From: Lachnospiraceae bacterium
Lineage (GTDB): Bacteria > Bacillota > Clostridia > Lachnospirales > Lachnospiraceae
Length of the DNA stretch: 64,000 nucleotides
Assembly: GCA_024684355.1 (NCBI GenBank)
Contig: JAIKXA010000060.1
Location: 13,476 to 77,475 of the forward strand
Direction: 5' to 3'
Shown here: positions 38,469 to 47,432 of the stretch, one piece after another
Position numbering within the stretch: position 1 is the first letter of the stretch
How the letters are laid out: every line of letters starts with the position of its first letter
Notes under the pieces: generated by a model
The model's database searches: none
Seen by the model: only the letters and a program-made list of their open reading frames with translations
Told to the model about the DNA's origin: nothing
Position numbers and translations under genes: made by a program

Positions 38469-41093
38469 ATGGACAGATCAGAGAATCAGGCCACCGGGAA
38501 AAACACAAAAGAATCCGGCAAGTCGCTGGGTGACCTTTTACGTGCATTGAATTCTTTCCAGGATTCCCTCGGTGAAATGATGGACGAAAATGATGTGGCG
38601 GAGTTTACTTTCAATGACAATAATATTGTCTTTGGTACCGGCTACAGGATCGTGATCCCCGACGGCTTTAAGGTAAATCTTCAGTCGGTCAGCCAGAGCG
38701 GCCAGCCACGTGATTTTTTAGCTTGGATCCCGAGCGAGAACGAGAAGCAGGGCTTTGTGCTCAGTGACGTTGACGAAGAAAAGACCATCGAGCTTCTTCA
38801 TGTCGGCAACGATACCGCTGACGGCAAAAAAGGTCCCGAGATACTTCAGAGTGTTTATGACGATATGGTTAAGGGCGGCGTTAATCAGTCAAAGCTTGCT
38901 CTTATAGAATATTCTTTTGGAAAAATTACAGGCGGTTTTATTAGACGTGTATTGTCGTCCATGTGTTGCAACTACTATGTCTTCATAGAGTTGAACGGAC
39001 GTGTATTAAAGTTACGTGTAATTTTTAACAACAAGTATTCGACAGCCAGCATGGACAAGGTGGTTAAGGAGTGGATCGATACGATCACCTGGGCCGGAAA
39101 CGAGGCGGCCGAAGCCGAAAGAAAAGAAAAACAGCGTCTGGAAGCTGAAAGGATAGCAGCCGAAGAGGCAGCAAGAAAGGCCGAGAAAGAAAGAAAGGCC
39201 AGAGAAGAAGCCGAAAGAAAGGCAGCCGAAGAGGCAGCAAAAAAGGCTGAGGAAGAAAGAAAGACAAAAGAAGAAGCCGAAAGAAAAGCAGCCGAAGAGG
39301 CAGCAAGAAAGGCTGAGGAAGAAAGAAAGACAAAAGAAGAAGCCGAAAGAAAGGCAGCCGAAGAAGCAGCAAGAAAGGCTGAGGAAGAAAGAAGGGCAAA
39401 AGAAGAAGCCGAAAGGTTAGCAGCCGAAGAGGCAGCAAGAAAGGCTGAGGAAGAAAGAAAGGTCAAAGAAGAGGCTGAAAGAAAAGCAGCCGAAGAAGCA
39501 GCAAGACTTGCGGAAGAAGAAAAACGCAGGGAAGAAGAACAGAAACGAGCAGCAGAAGAAGCCATCCGCAGAGCCGAGGAGCAGAAGAGAGAAGCTGAAG
39601 AAGCCGGAAGAAGAGCGGCAGAAGAAGCTATCCGTAAGGCAAAAGAGGATGCAAGAAGAGCCGAGGAAGAAAGAAAGGCTACAATGGCTAAGGTTGAAGC
39701 AGCAAGAAAGCTTGCTTCGGATAAGGCCAGAGAAGAAGCTGCCCGCCTTGAGATAGAAAGAGCAGAAAGAGAACGTATAGAGTCCGAGCAGGCTGAAAAG
39801 GAAGCTGAAGAAAAAGCCAGAGAAGAAGCCGAAAGAAACGCGAAGGAAGCTGAGGAAAGAGCTAAGGCTGCAGCCGCAAGGATCGCAAAAGAAGAAAGAG
39901 AAGCAGAAGAAAGAGCACAGATAGAGCGTATTGCCAAAGAAAAGGCCGAGGCTGAGCGCGTAGCCAAGGAAAGAGCAGCCAGAGCAGCCGCAGAGAAGGC
40001 AGCAAGGGAAGCAGAAGAAAAGGCAAGGCTTGAAAAAGAAGCAGCTGAGCGTGCACAAAGGGAAGCAGAAAGGATCGCAGCAGCAAAAGCAGCCGCAGCA
40101 CAGTATGAGATCCAGAGAGTTCTCAATCCCAACACTCCTGCTCCGGCTATCCTGTCACAGCATATGGCAGCAACAGCAGCAGCCAGCACCGAGGAAGTAA
40201 AGAGTGCTCAGGCTAAAGCAGAGACAGTTGAGGCTGAGCGTCTTGCAGAAAAGCAGCGTCGTGATGAGCTCAGACAGCGTGAGGAAAGAAGACGTGAAGA
40301 AGAGCTTCATCAGAAGATGGATGAAGAAAAGAGACATGCACAGCTCAAGAAGCATGCAGAAGATCTGAGGATGCAGGAAGATATGGCAGTAGGAGCGCTT
40401 AAGTCCGAAAAGGAAAAGCTTATCCAGCAGAGAGTTGAGATCGCATCCGAGATCAATGAGTGCATGCTGCAGAAGGCCGAAATAGAAAAACAGTATGATC
40501 TGGAAAGAAATCAGTTCATGCAGTTTGAAAACCAGGTTAACGCAACATTGTTCAACGCACAGAGCAGAAAGAAAGATCTTGAAGCTCAGGCACAGGAGTC
40601 GGAGAACAGATACACTTATAAAGAACAGACAGAAAAGAAGAGACTTCTTAAGCTCAAGGATGATCTTCGTACAGCATTTGCAGCAGTAGAGCTTGCAGGT
40701 GAGATCGAAGCGATATTCCGTGAGAAGGCAGCATCCGGAAAGCGTAAGAAGGTAATGCTCTACAAGCAGAAGACCGAAGACAGGGAAAATGCTGAGAAAG
40801 AGCTTGATTCCATAAAGAACCAGTTTGAAGTAGCACAGATCAACAGCAAGGCTACCATCGAAGAGCATCAGAAAGTTAAGGAAAAGTTTGATAAAGATCT
40901 CGCAGCACTTAATGAGACGATCGAAGAAAACCAGTCAGTCATCTCAGCCAAGAAGGAGAGCTTACAGGCCCTTAAAGACAGAAGCAAGGCAGTTGATGAA
41001 AGACGTTCTGTAGCAAATCAGAAAATTAAAGATATAGAAAATTCGATGCGTGAGATCGATATCAGGATTAGGGAAGAAGAGGCAAGGCATTAA
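38469..41093 (+). CDS. Hypothetical 874-aa cytoplasmic protein: unknown N-terminal domain, long E/A/R/K (ER/K-type) helix, C-terminal coiled coil
   Basis: Strong RBS (GGAGG) and no signal peptide or TM. Residues from about 212 to 545 are almost only E, A, R and K, followed by heptad-like coiled coil. Confidence 0.8.
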   Translation: MDRSENQATGKNTKESGKSLGDLLRALNSFQDSLGEMMDENDVAEFTFNDNNIVFGTGYRIVIPDGFKVNLQSVSQSGQPRDFLAWIPSENEKQGFVLSDVDEEKTIELLHVGNDTADGKKGPEILQSVYDDMVKGGVNQSKLALIEYSFGKITGGFIRRVLSSMCCNYYVFIELNGRVLKLRVIFNNKYSTASMDKVVKEWIDTITWAGNEAAEAERKEKQRLEAERIAAEEAARKAEKERKAREEAERKAAEEAAKKAEEERKTKEEAERKAAEEAARKAEEERKTKEEAERKAAEEAARKAEEERRAKEEAERLAAEEAARKAEEERKVKEEAERKAAEEAARLAEEEKRREEEQKRAAEEAIRRAEEQKREAEEAGRRAAEEAIRKAKEDARRAEEERKATMAKVEAARKLASDKAREEAARLEIERAERERIESEQAEKEAEEKAREEAERNAKEAEERAKAAAARIAKEEREAEERAQIERIAKEKAEAERVAKERAARAAAEKAAREAEEKARLEKEAAERAQREAERIAAAKAAAAQYEIQRVLNPNTPAPAILSQHMAATAAASTEEVKSAQAKAETVEAERLAEKQRRDELRQREERRREEELHQKMDEEKRHAQLKKHAEDLRMQEDMAVGALKSEKEKLIQQRVEIASEINECMLQKAEIEKQYDLERNQFMQFENQVNATLFNAQSRKKDLEAQAQESENRYTYKEQTEKKRLLKLKDDLRTAFAAVELAGEIEAIFREKAASGKRKKVMLYKQKTEDRENAEKELDSIKNQFEVAQINSKATIEEHQKVKEKFDKDLAALNETIEENQSVISAKKESLQALKDRSKAVDERRSVANQKIKDIENSMREIDIRIREEEARH
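39155..39520 (+). repeat. Tandem 66-nt (22-aa) coding repeats, about 5.5 copies
   Basis: Units start at 39155, 39221, 39287, 39353, 39419 and 39485 (GCAGCCGAAGAGGCAGCAAGAAAGGCTGAGGAAGAAAGAAAG...). They encode AAEEAARKAEEERKxKEEAERK. Confidence 0.9.
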
Positions 41094-41117
41094 GTTTAGT
41101 GAAAGGCGGAGTACAAA

Positions 41118-42500
41118 ATGACAGTAGACGAAATTTTCTCGAGCGAATCTGAACACTTGTATTTCAGGCTTATTGCTGCCCGAAATGCCCTAAACGCAGC
41201 AAATGATAACGAAACAAGACAGGTTCTCAATGAGATATTGGATGATACTTTAAACAATCTTTCCAGAATAGGTACAGACGAGGAGATAGCAGCAGCTGAG
41301 GAAATAGTAGTACGCAAGAGCAACAAGAATGTAAAGGATTATCTGACATGTCAGAAGTTCAACCTTATAGCATCTTCAGTAGCTTTCGTAGCTATAGTGG
41401 CTTCCGTACTTGCTCTTATATTGATCATAGTCGGAGCGAACAATTCCAAGGTACAGGCTATCATAACGGTGATCATCATAGGTGCAGGCATATCAGCCAT
41501 GGCTTTGTTTGTGGCTTCCTACATGAAGAAGCGTATGCTTGCAGCCAAGGAACAGCTTAAGGGTAAGACGGTTATAGGCTGCAGGATAGACACAGAAGTT
41601 AAGAGCACAGCTCCTTCTTCATCGTCATCAGCATCCAAGCCTAAGGCAGCCGCTGCATCAACTACAGCTTCGGCAGGCCGTGCAAAGCCCGAGCGTGAGC
41701 GTACCACTACAGCCAGAAAGCAGAAGGGTCCCAAGGTTGTCAGAAATTATTTCGGTTTCTTAAAGGTTCTCATCCCGCTTGCAGTAGTTGCAGTACTTGG
41801 TTTCCTTGTATATACCAACTGGGCTAAGATCGAGTCATCGATCAAGAATATTATGTATAACATCGGTCTTACAGATCCGGCACCCAAGGCAGATGTTGAG
41901 CGTTTCAAACAGCTCAATGCCAAGCTGGTAGATGTAAAGAACAGTGTATATTATAATGAAGCCGACAAGCTTTATGAAGAAGCAAAAGAGCTTGCAAAGA
42001 GATCGGACATCAAGGCTGCCTCAGCTAAGTACAGTGAAGCTGCAGAGATGTTCAACAAGTGCATACTTCATAATGATGCAGAGGAGAGACGTACCAGAGC
42101 AAAGAACTTTGAGTACTACTACCAGGCACAGGTTGATGTTGAGCAGTCGATGCTTAAGGCTCTCAGCACATTGAATAAGATAGTAGCTACCAAGCCCGAG
42201 TTTGATTATGCGGGCAGAGTAATAAAGCTTACCGAAAAGTATTCTTCATACACAGCTCTTGTTGATACATATGAGGGCGGCGGAGAAAGATTCAGCATTA
42301 AGGACTTCGCAATGAAGGATTCTGCACTCAGTATCCAGGAAGAGCGTATGGGTTGGAAGAAGGTTGAACCTACAGTCGACAGAGAAGGATACAAGTACGA
42401 GATCATCGAAAAGAAGGGCGATACCGTTATCAAGTGGTATATCTCAGATGAATATGTACTTAAGGTAACAGATGACGGAGAAGTAAGCTTAAAGAGATAA
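41118..42500 (+). CDS. Hypothetical 3-TM membrane protein with S/A-rich linker and unknown C-terminal domain
   Basis: RBS present and only 24 nt after the previous stop. Two adjacent TM helices, a basic S/A/T-rich linker, a third TM and about 230 aa of unknown domain. Confidence 0.75.
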   Translation: MTVDEIFSSESEHLYFRLIAARNALNAANDNETRQVLNEILDDTLNNLSRIGTDEEIAAAEEIVVRKSNKNVKDYLTCQKFNLIASSVAFVAIVASVLALILIIVGANNSKVQAIITVIIIGAGISAMALFVASYMKKRMLAAKEQLKGKTVIGCRIDTEVKSTAPSSSSSASKPKAAAASTTASAGRAKPERERTTTARKQKGPKVVRNYFGFLKVLIPLAVVAVLGFLVYTNWAKIESSIKNIMYNIGLTDPAPKADVERFKQLNAKLVDVKNSVYYNEADKLYEEAKELAKRSDIKAASAKYSEAAEMFNKCILHNDAEERRTRAKNFEYYYQAQVDVEQSMLKALSTLNKIVATKPEFDYAGRVIKLTEKYSSYTALVDTYEGGGERFSIKDFAMKDSALSIQEERMGWKKVEPTVDREGYKYEIIEKKGDTVIKWYISDEYVLKVTDDGEVSLKR

Positions 42501-42548
42501 TACGTTAAATGACGGAAGAGGCATTTGACAGAAGGAGTAACAGTAAAC

Positions 42549-43274
42549 ATGGCTAAGACGTTTAAAAAAAGCCCCTGGAGCTCAGCAGGGCCGATATATG
42601 TGGCAGCTGCGGCTTTTGTTGGCGGAGTGCTCGTATTCCCCGCCACGGCTTCAGGCATGGTGCTGGCAGGGTTATCATCATTCTGCGGCTGGGCTATCAG
42701 TAAAATGTTCTGGCCAAAGAAGCTGGTAGAGCTTGAGGATACTTCGGCAAAACCGGCACCTGCTCCCGAAGAGGTTAAAAAGGAAGAAAAGAAACCTGAA
42801 CCCGAGATCGAAAAGAGACCGAGAACGGGTGACCAGGCGATAGATACATTGCTCGACGAAGAAGAAAAGGCAATCTCTGAAATGAGACGTCTGAACAAAG
42901 CTATCGAAGATGAAAAGGTCTCCGCCCAGATAGTTCATCTGGAGGATGTTACCACCAAGATAGTAAACTTCATCGTGGAGAACCCTTCCAAGAAGAGCCA
43001 GGTAAGAAAGTTCTTCAATTACTATCTGCCGACCACTCTGAAGCTTCTTAACGCATACGACAGAATGGACGAGACCGGAATATCCGGTATGAACATCGAC
43101 GGTACCAAGGGTAAGGTTGAGGAAATGATGGACACAAGCCTTGCGGCATTTGACAAACAGCTCGATGCTCTTTATGCAGATGATGCGCTTGACATTTCAG
43201 CCGAGATAAAGGTAATGGAAGGCATGCTTGCGCAGGAAGGTCTTAAGGATGATCCCATTTCATCCATGAAGTAA
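42549..43274 (+). CDS. XpaC-like protein (5-bromo-4-chloroindolyl phosphate hydrolysis protein family)
   Basis: ATG at 42549 after GAAGGAG. Two N-terminal TM helices and a helical domain with KFFNYYLPTTLKLLNAY. Lies directly upstream of a TelA-like gene, as in B. subtilis xpaC-yaaN. Confidence 0.65.
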   Translation: MAKTFKKSPWSSAGPIYVAAAAFVGGVLVFPATASGMVLAGLSSFCGWAISKMFWPKKLVELEDTSAKPAPAPEEVKKEEKKPEPEIEKRPRTGDQAIDTLLDEEEKAISEMRRLNKAIEDEKVSAQIVHLEDVTTKIVNFIVENPSKKSQVRKFFNYYLPTTLKLLNAYDRMDETGISGMNIDGTKGKVEEMMDTSLAAFDKQLDALYADDALDISAEIKVMEGMLAQEGLKDDPISSMK

Positions 43275-43415
43275 AATAAGATCGTATAATTTGCATTATA
43301 ATAAGAAGATTTAAGGTCTATTTAAGAAAAGCAATACTATAATAGCTTAAAGAAATATGGTAATATATGTCACATTAAGAATTAAGTCGATGTGACGATC
43401 GGGAGGATATAATTT

Positions 43416-44672
43416 ATGGATAACGGAATACCTTCATTAACACTTGAACCTAATGCGATGGCAGCACCTGCAGCTCCGGCTGCGGTAACCGCACCTTCAA
43501 TGCCTTCTGCGATCGAGGCACCCAATATGCCCCAGGCAGTTCAGGCAGTACAGGCAACAGCTGTACCCGCTGCACCCACTCTGACACTCACACCTGAGGC
43601 AGAGCAGCAACAGCAGAACGCGCAGCAGGAGAACGTAGTACAGCTTGGTGAAGATATGCTTACCGAAGAGGAAAAAGCTATCGTAGCCGATTTTGCTACC
43701 AAGATAGATATTTCGGATTCCAATATGGTCATGACATACGGTGCGGCTGCACAGCAGCATATCGCATCATTCTCAGAGTCGGCACTTAACAGTGTAAAGA
43801 CAAAGGATCTCGGACAGATCGGTGAAACTCTTTCATCACTCGTTGTACAGCTTAAAACACTTGACGAGCCTGAGAAAAAGGGTATAGCCGGCTGGTTCCA
43901 GAAGAAAAAGCGCGATGTCGCAACCATGAAAGCTAACTATACAAAGGCAGAGGCAAATGTTGATAAGATCGTTGAGATGCTCGAACAGCATCAGGTAACA
44001 CTTATGAAGGACATAGCTCTGTTTGACCAGATGTATGATCTGAACCTCAAGTATTATAAAGAGCTTACAATGTACATCATAGCCGGTAAAAAGAGACTTG
44101 CAGAAGTACGTGCCGGTGAGCTTCAGGAGCTCCGCAAGAAAGCTGAGGCATCAGGTTCACAGGAAGATGCACAGGCTTACAACGATTACAACAATCTTTG
44201 TGAGAGATTTGAGAAAAAGCTTCACGATCTTGAGCTTACCCGTATGATCTCCATTCAGATGGGTCCCCAGACCAGAATGCTTCAGAACAATGATACATTG
44301 ATGGTAGAAAAGATCCAGTCTTCGATCGTTAATACCATTCCTCTGTGGAAATCACAGATGGTTCTGGCACTCGGTATCGAGCACGGACGTCAGGCAACGG
44401 CAGCACAGTCGGCAGTTACCAATATGACTAACGAGCTCTTAAAGAAGAACGCAGAAACACTGAAAATGGCTACCATTGAGACAGCTAAGGAAGCTGAGAG
44501 ATCGGTAGTTGATATTGAGACTCTTAAGACTACAAACGAAAATCTTATCAGTACTCTTGACGAAGTAATGAAGATCCAGTCCGAAGGCAAGGCAAAGCGT
44601 CAGGCAGCCGAAGTAGAACTCGGCAGGATCGAAGGCGAGTTAAAGCAGAAGCTGATGGAGCTTAAGAGCTGA
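43416..44672 (+). CDS. TelA/YaaN-family toxic anion resistance-like protein
   Basis: An A/P/Q-rich N-terminus is followed by a long helical body (YGAAAQQHIASFSESALNSVKTKDLGQIGETL...) that I recognise as TelA family. Confidence 0.75.
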   Translation: MDNGIPSLTLEPNAMAAPAAPAAVTAPSMPSAIEAPNMPQAVQAVQATAVPAAPTLTLTPEAEQQQQNAQQENVVQLGEDMLTEEEKAIVADFATKIDISDSNMVMTYGAAAQQHIASFSESALNSVKTKDLGQIGETLSSLVVQLKTLDEPEKKGIAGWFQKKKRDVATMKANYTKAEANVDKIVEMLEQHQVTLMKDIALFDQMYDLNLKYYKELTMYIIAGKKRLAEVRAGELQELRKKAEASGSQEDAQAYNDYNNLCERFEKKLHDLELTRMISIQMGPQTRMLQNNDTLMVEKIQSSIVNTIPLWKSQMVLALGIEHGRQATAAQSAVTNMTNELLKKNAETLKMATIETAKEAERSVVDIETLKTTNENLISTLDEVMKIQSEGKAKRQAAEVELGRIEGELKQKLMELKS

Positions 44673-44689
44673 TAAACGAGGTTTTATAA

Positions 44690-45697
44690 GTGGGAAAGAT
44701 AAAGAAATTTTTCCAGAAAACCGGAGTGGCGCTTGCAGTACTGGCATGTACCGTTATCGGAGCCATAAAGCTTTCACCTGAACTTACAAATCCCGGAATG
44801 TTCTCCCAGGTCATGACCATAGCGGCAGGTCTGGTAGGAGTTGGAGCAGTAATGATAGGCTGCGGTATAGGAAAAGCAGTTCAGTCATCGAAAGAAAAAA
44901 AGATGCTCAGTGAGATAAACGGCGAGCCTCAATTAGAGAGCCCGAAGCAGACCGTAAATGGAATGTTTAACGGACAGGGTGCAAACGGTTATCAGAACTC
45001 CGGCACATTTGGACAAAGGATAGGAGAAAAGGTCGAACAGGGTGTTAATAAGCTCGGTATAGAGATGGGCAAGCTCTTTGGTAACAACAACAGACCAAAC
45101 ACCTCGGCAAACCCTTACAGTTCGACAGTAAATCACGGAGCAAATCCGTACAGCTCAAGAGACAGGATGAGCGCAGGCTACGGAGGAACATACAACGGTC
45201 AGACATACAATTCCAGCATGACCGGTGATGTAAGAGACGCACAGCGTACCGGCCAGCAGGGCGGTTATTACAGCGGAAACAACCAGTATAACAACCGTCA
45301 GGGCGGCTATAACGCAAATCAAAACGGATATCAAGCCAATCAGGGTGGTTATAACACCAACAATGCCAACCGCGGGTACAACAACCAGGGCGGTTACCGG
45401 AACGGGCAAAACGGCAACTCTTACAATTACAATCAGAACCAGAACGTACAGTACGGCGGCAACAATAACCGTCCGAATACCGGTAATTACAATCAGAACG
45501 TACAATACGGAGGAGCAAATAACAGGCCTAATAACGGCGGCTATAATCCTAACGTACAATATGGCAATTACCAGAACGGCGGTCAGAATCAGAGACCCGC
45601 TCCCAATACCAGCGGCTTAGAGGAAAGCGCAAAGTCGAATTACTTCGAGAATGAGCCCGGAAGCTCATCCTACAGAAGCGGTCCTCTGAAAAAATAA
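44690..45697 (+). CDS. Hypothetical 2-TM membrane protein with about 210-aa Q/N/G/Y-rich (prion-like) low-complexity domain
   Basis: GTG start 17 nt after the telA-like stop. Two TM helices are followed by N/Q/G/Y-dominated sequence with three 18-aa repeats (NQNVQYGG.NNRPN.G.Y). Confidence 0.7.
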   Translation: MGKIKKFFQKTGVALAVLACTVIGAIKLSPELTNPGMFSQVMTIAAGLVGVGAVMIGCGIGKAVQSSKEKKMLSEINGEPQLESPKQTVNGMFNGQGANGYQNSGTFGQRIGEKVEQGVNKLGIEMGKLFGNNNRPNTSANPYSSTVNHGANPYSSRDRMSAGYGGTYNGQTYNSSMTGDVRDAQRTGQQGGYYSGNNQYNNRQGGYNANQNGYQANQGGYNTNNANRGYNNQGGYRNGQNGNSYNYNQNQNVQYGGNNNRPNTGNYNQNVQYGGANNRPNNGGYNPNVQYGNYQNGGQNQRPAPNTSGLEESAKSNYFENEPGSSSYRSGPLKK

Positions 45698-45718
45698 AGA
45701 TAGGATTTTTCTATTATA

Positions 45719-45752
45719 CGGGAAGAGCCTTTAAAGTTCTTCCCGTTAATTC
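45719..45752 (+). terminator. Weak terminator-like hairpin closing the cluster
   Basis: An 8-bp stem (45719-26 / 45738-45) followed by TTAATT. Confidence 0.35.
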
Positions 45753-45776
45753 TGCTAAACAACGGAGAAGATAAAA

Positions 45777-46529
45777 ATGAGATTCATTTCTTGGAACGTA
45801 AACGGACTTAGAGCCTGCATGCAAAAAGGTTTCCTGAATTTCTTTAAGGAGACGGACGCCGATATATTCTGTCTTCAGGAGACCAAGCTTTCCGAAGGAC
45901 AGCTTGAGCTTCCGTTAGAAGGTTATCATCAATACTGGAACTATGCGGAGAAAAAGGGTTACTCGGGTACCGCTCTATTTACCAAGGAAAAGCCGATAAA
46001 CGTCACCTACGGTATAAACATCGAAGAGCATGACCATGAGGGCAGGGTTATCACAGCTGAATACCCCGATTATTACGTAGTTACTGTCTACGTACCGAAC
46101 TCCCAGAGGGAGCTTGCACGTATCGACTACCGTATGGTATGGGAAAAGGACTTTCTTCTATATATAAAAGGACTTGAAAAAAAGAAGCCCGTCATCTACT
46201 GCGGCGACCTTAATGTAGCTCATAAGGAGATAGACCTTAAAAATCCGGACAGCAATCATATGAACGCAGGCTTTACCGACAAAGAAAGAGAATGCTTCAC
46301 AAAGGTACTTGAAAGCGGCTATATCGATTCCTTCAGGTATTTATATCCCGATAAAAAGGAAGCCTATTCCTGGTGGTCATATATGTTTAAATCCAGAGAG
46401 CGGAATACAGGCTGGCGTATAGACTATTTTGTGGTATCGGAAAAGCTTAAAGACAGGATAAAAGACGCCAAGATCCTGTCAGATATCTTAGGGTCGGACC
46501 ATTGCCCCGTGGAGCTTGAAATTTCTTAA
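45777..46529 (+). CDS. xth: Exodeoxyribonuclease III (AP endonuclease)
   Basis: Motifs [22 protein letters not shown] and SDHCPVELE. Confidence 0.94.
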   Translation: MRFISWNVNGLRACMQKGFLNFFKETDADIFCLQETKLSEGQLELPLEGYHQYWNYAEKKGYSGTALFTKEKPINVTYGINIEEHDHEGRVITAEYPDYYVVTVYVPNSQRELARIDYRMVWEKDFLLYIKGLEKKKPVIYCGDLNVAHKEIDLKNPDSNHMNAGFTDKERECFTKVLESGYIDSFRYLYPDKKEAYSWWSYMFKSRERNTGWRIDYFVVSEKLKDRIKDAKILSDILGSDHCPVELEIS

Positions 46530-46536
46530 AAAGTGC

Positions 46537-46565
46537 TTGACATAAACATGATATTGAGGTATTAT
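46537..46565 (+). promoter_or_regulatory. tRNA-Arg promoter
   Basis: TTGACA (46537-42), 17-nt spacer, TATTAT (46560-65). Confidence 0.6.
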
Positions 46566-46615
46566 ATCAGATGTTGTAATTGCGAAGCAGTTATAGCGGT
46601 CGTAGAAATACGAAT

Positions 46616-46689
46616 GTGTGTGTAGCTCAGCTGGATAGAGCGTCTGGCTACGGACCAGAAGGTCGCGAGTTCGAATCTTGTCACACACA
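46616..46689 (+). tRNA. tRNA-Arg (anticodon ACG), no encoded CCA
   Basis: Hand-folded cloverleaf: acceptor GTGTGTG/CACACAC, D-arm GCTC-AGCTGGATA-GAGC, anticodon arm TCTGG-CTACGGA-CCAGA and T-arm GCGAG-TTCGAAT-CTTGT. Confidence 0.9.
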
Positions 46690-46691
46690 TT

Positions 46692-46723
46692 GCCTCAAAC
46701 TTGGTTTGAGGCTTTTATTTTTA
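46692..46723 (+). terminator. Terminator after tRNA-Arg
   Basis: Stem GCCTCAAA/TTTGAGGC followed by TTTTATTTTT. Confidence 0.75.
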
Positions 46724-46742
46724 TATGCTTGGGAGATTATAG

Positions 46743-47417
46743 ATGATCGATGTGAAAAATACCGGAAGGATTATCCTGATACTTCTTATCTTAACCTTTT
46801 CGGTGATGATAATGACGGCATGCAGTAAGGATAGCAACAACGGAACAGATGCCGCTTCGGACAACAAAACAGAAACAACACAGACGGTAACCGATGCCGA
46901 GACAGAGGAAGCAGAAAACTCCTTTGCGGGCAAACTTGCGGGAAAGCTTGCGGGACTTCCGGATGAGCTCGTATGCTTTATAATATCTATGGTACCGATC
47001 ATCGAGTTAAGAGGTGGTCTCATCATAGCGGCAATAAAAGGTATCCCCCTTTTCAGGGCCATAGGCGTATGTATAGCCGGAAACATCATCCCGGTACCGT
47101 TCATATTGCTGCTTATCACACCCATCTTTACATGGCTTAAAAAGACAAAGCTTTTCAAGCCCATAGTAGAAAAGCTCGAGACCAAGTCAATGGGTAAGAG
47201 CGATAAGATCAAAAAATACGAATTTGTGGGCTTAATGCTGTTCGTCGGCATACCCCTGCCGGGTACCGGAGCATGGACAGGCTCACTTATCGCTTCCTTA
47301 TTAAATATAAAGTTTAAAAAAGCCTTCCCGGCAGTAATACTGGGACTTTTCATGGCAACAGCCATAATGTGTCTGATATCCTATGGTATCCCGTGGGTTA
47401 TCGCCAATGTTTTCTAA
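46743..47417 (+). CDS. Lipoprotein-signal membrane protein, COG2426 'small multidrug export'-like
   Basis: Lipobox-like LTFSVMIMTAC. Polytopic body containing PIIELRGG. Confidence 0.6.
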   Translation: MIDVKNTGRIILILLILTFSVMIMTACSKDSNNGTDAASDNKTETTQTVTDAETEEAENSFAGKLAGKLAGLPDELVCFIISMVPIIELRGGLIIAAIKGIPLFRAIGVCIAGNIIPVPFILLLITPIFTWLKKTKLFKPIVEKLETKSMGKSDKIKKYEFVGLMLFVGIPLPGTGAWTGSLIASLLNIKFKKAFPAVILGLFMATAIMCLISYGIPWVIANVF

Positions 47418-47432
47418 CTAAACAGGTATTAT

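Noticed and set aside
38975-40189. A 404-aa antisense ORF (S/A/L/F-rich), plus further antisense and alternate-frame ORFs across the ER/K region.
   Set aside because: They are an artefact of GAA/GCA/AAG/AGA repeat codons, whose complements lack stop codons. They have no RBS and a nonsensical low-complexity translation. The sense ORF has a strong RBS and an operon context.
45045-45620. Three overlapping ORFs (two antisense, one alternate frame) inside the Q/N-rich gene.
   Set aside because: The same low-complexity effect applies (AAC/CAG/GGC/TAC codons). None has a start context and all lie within the better-supported sense ORF.
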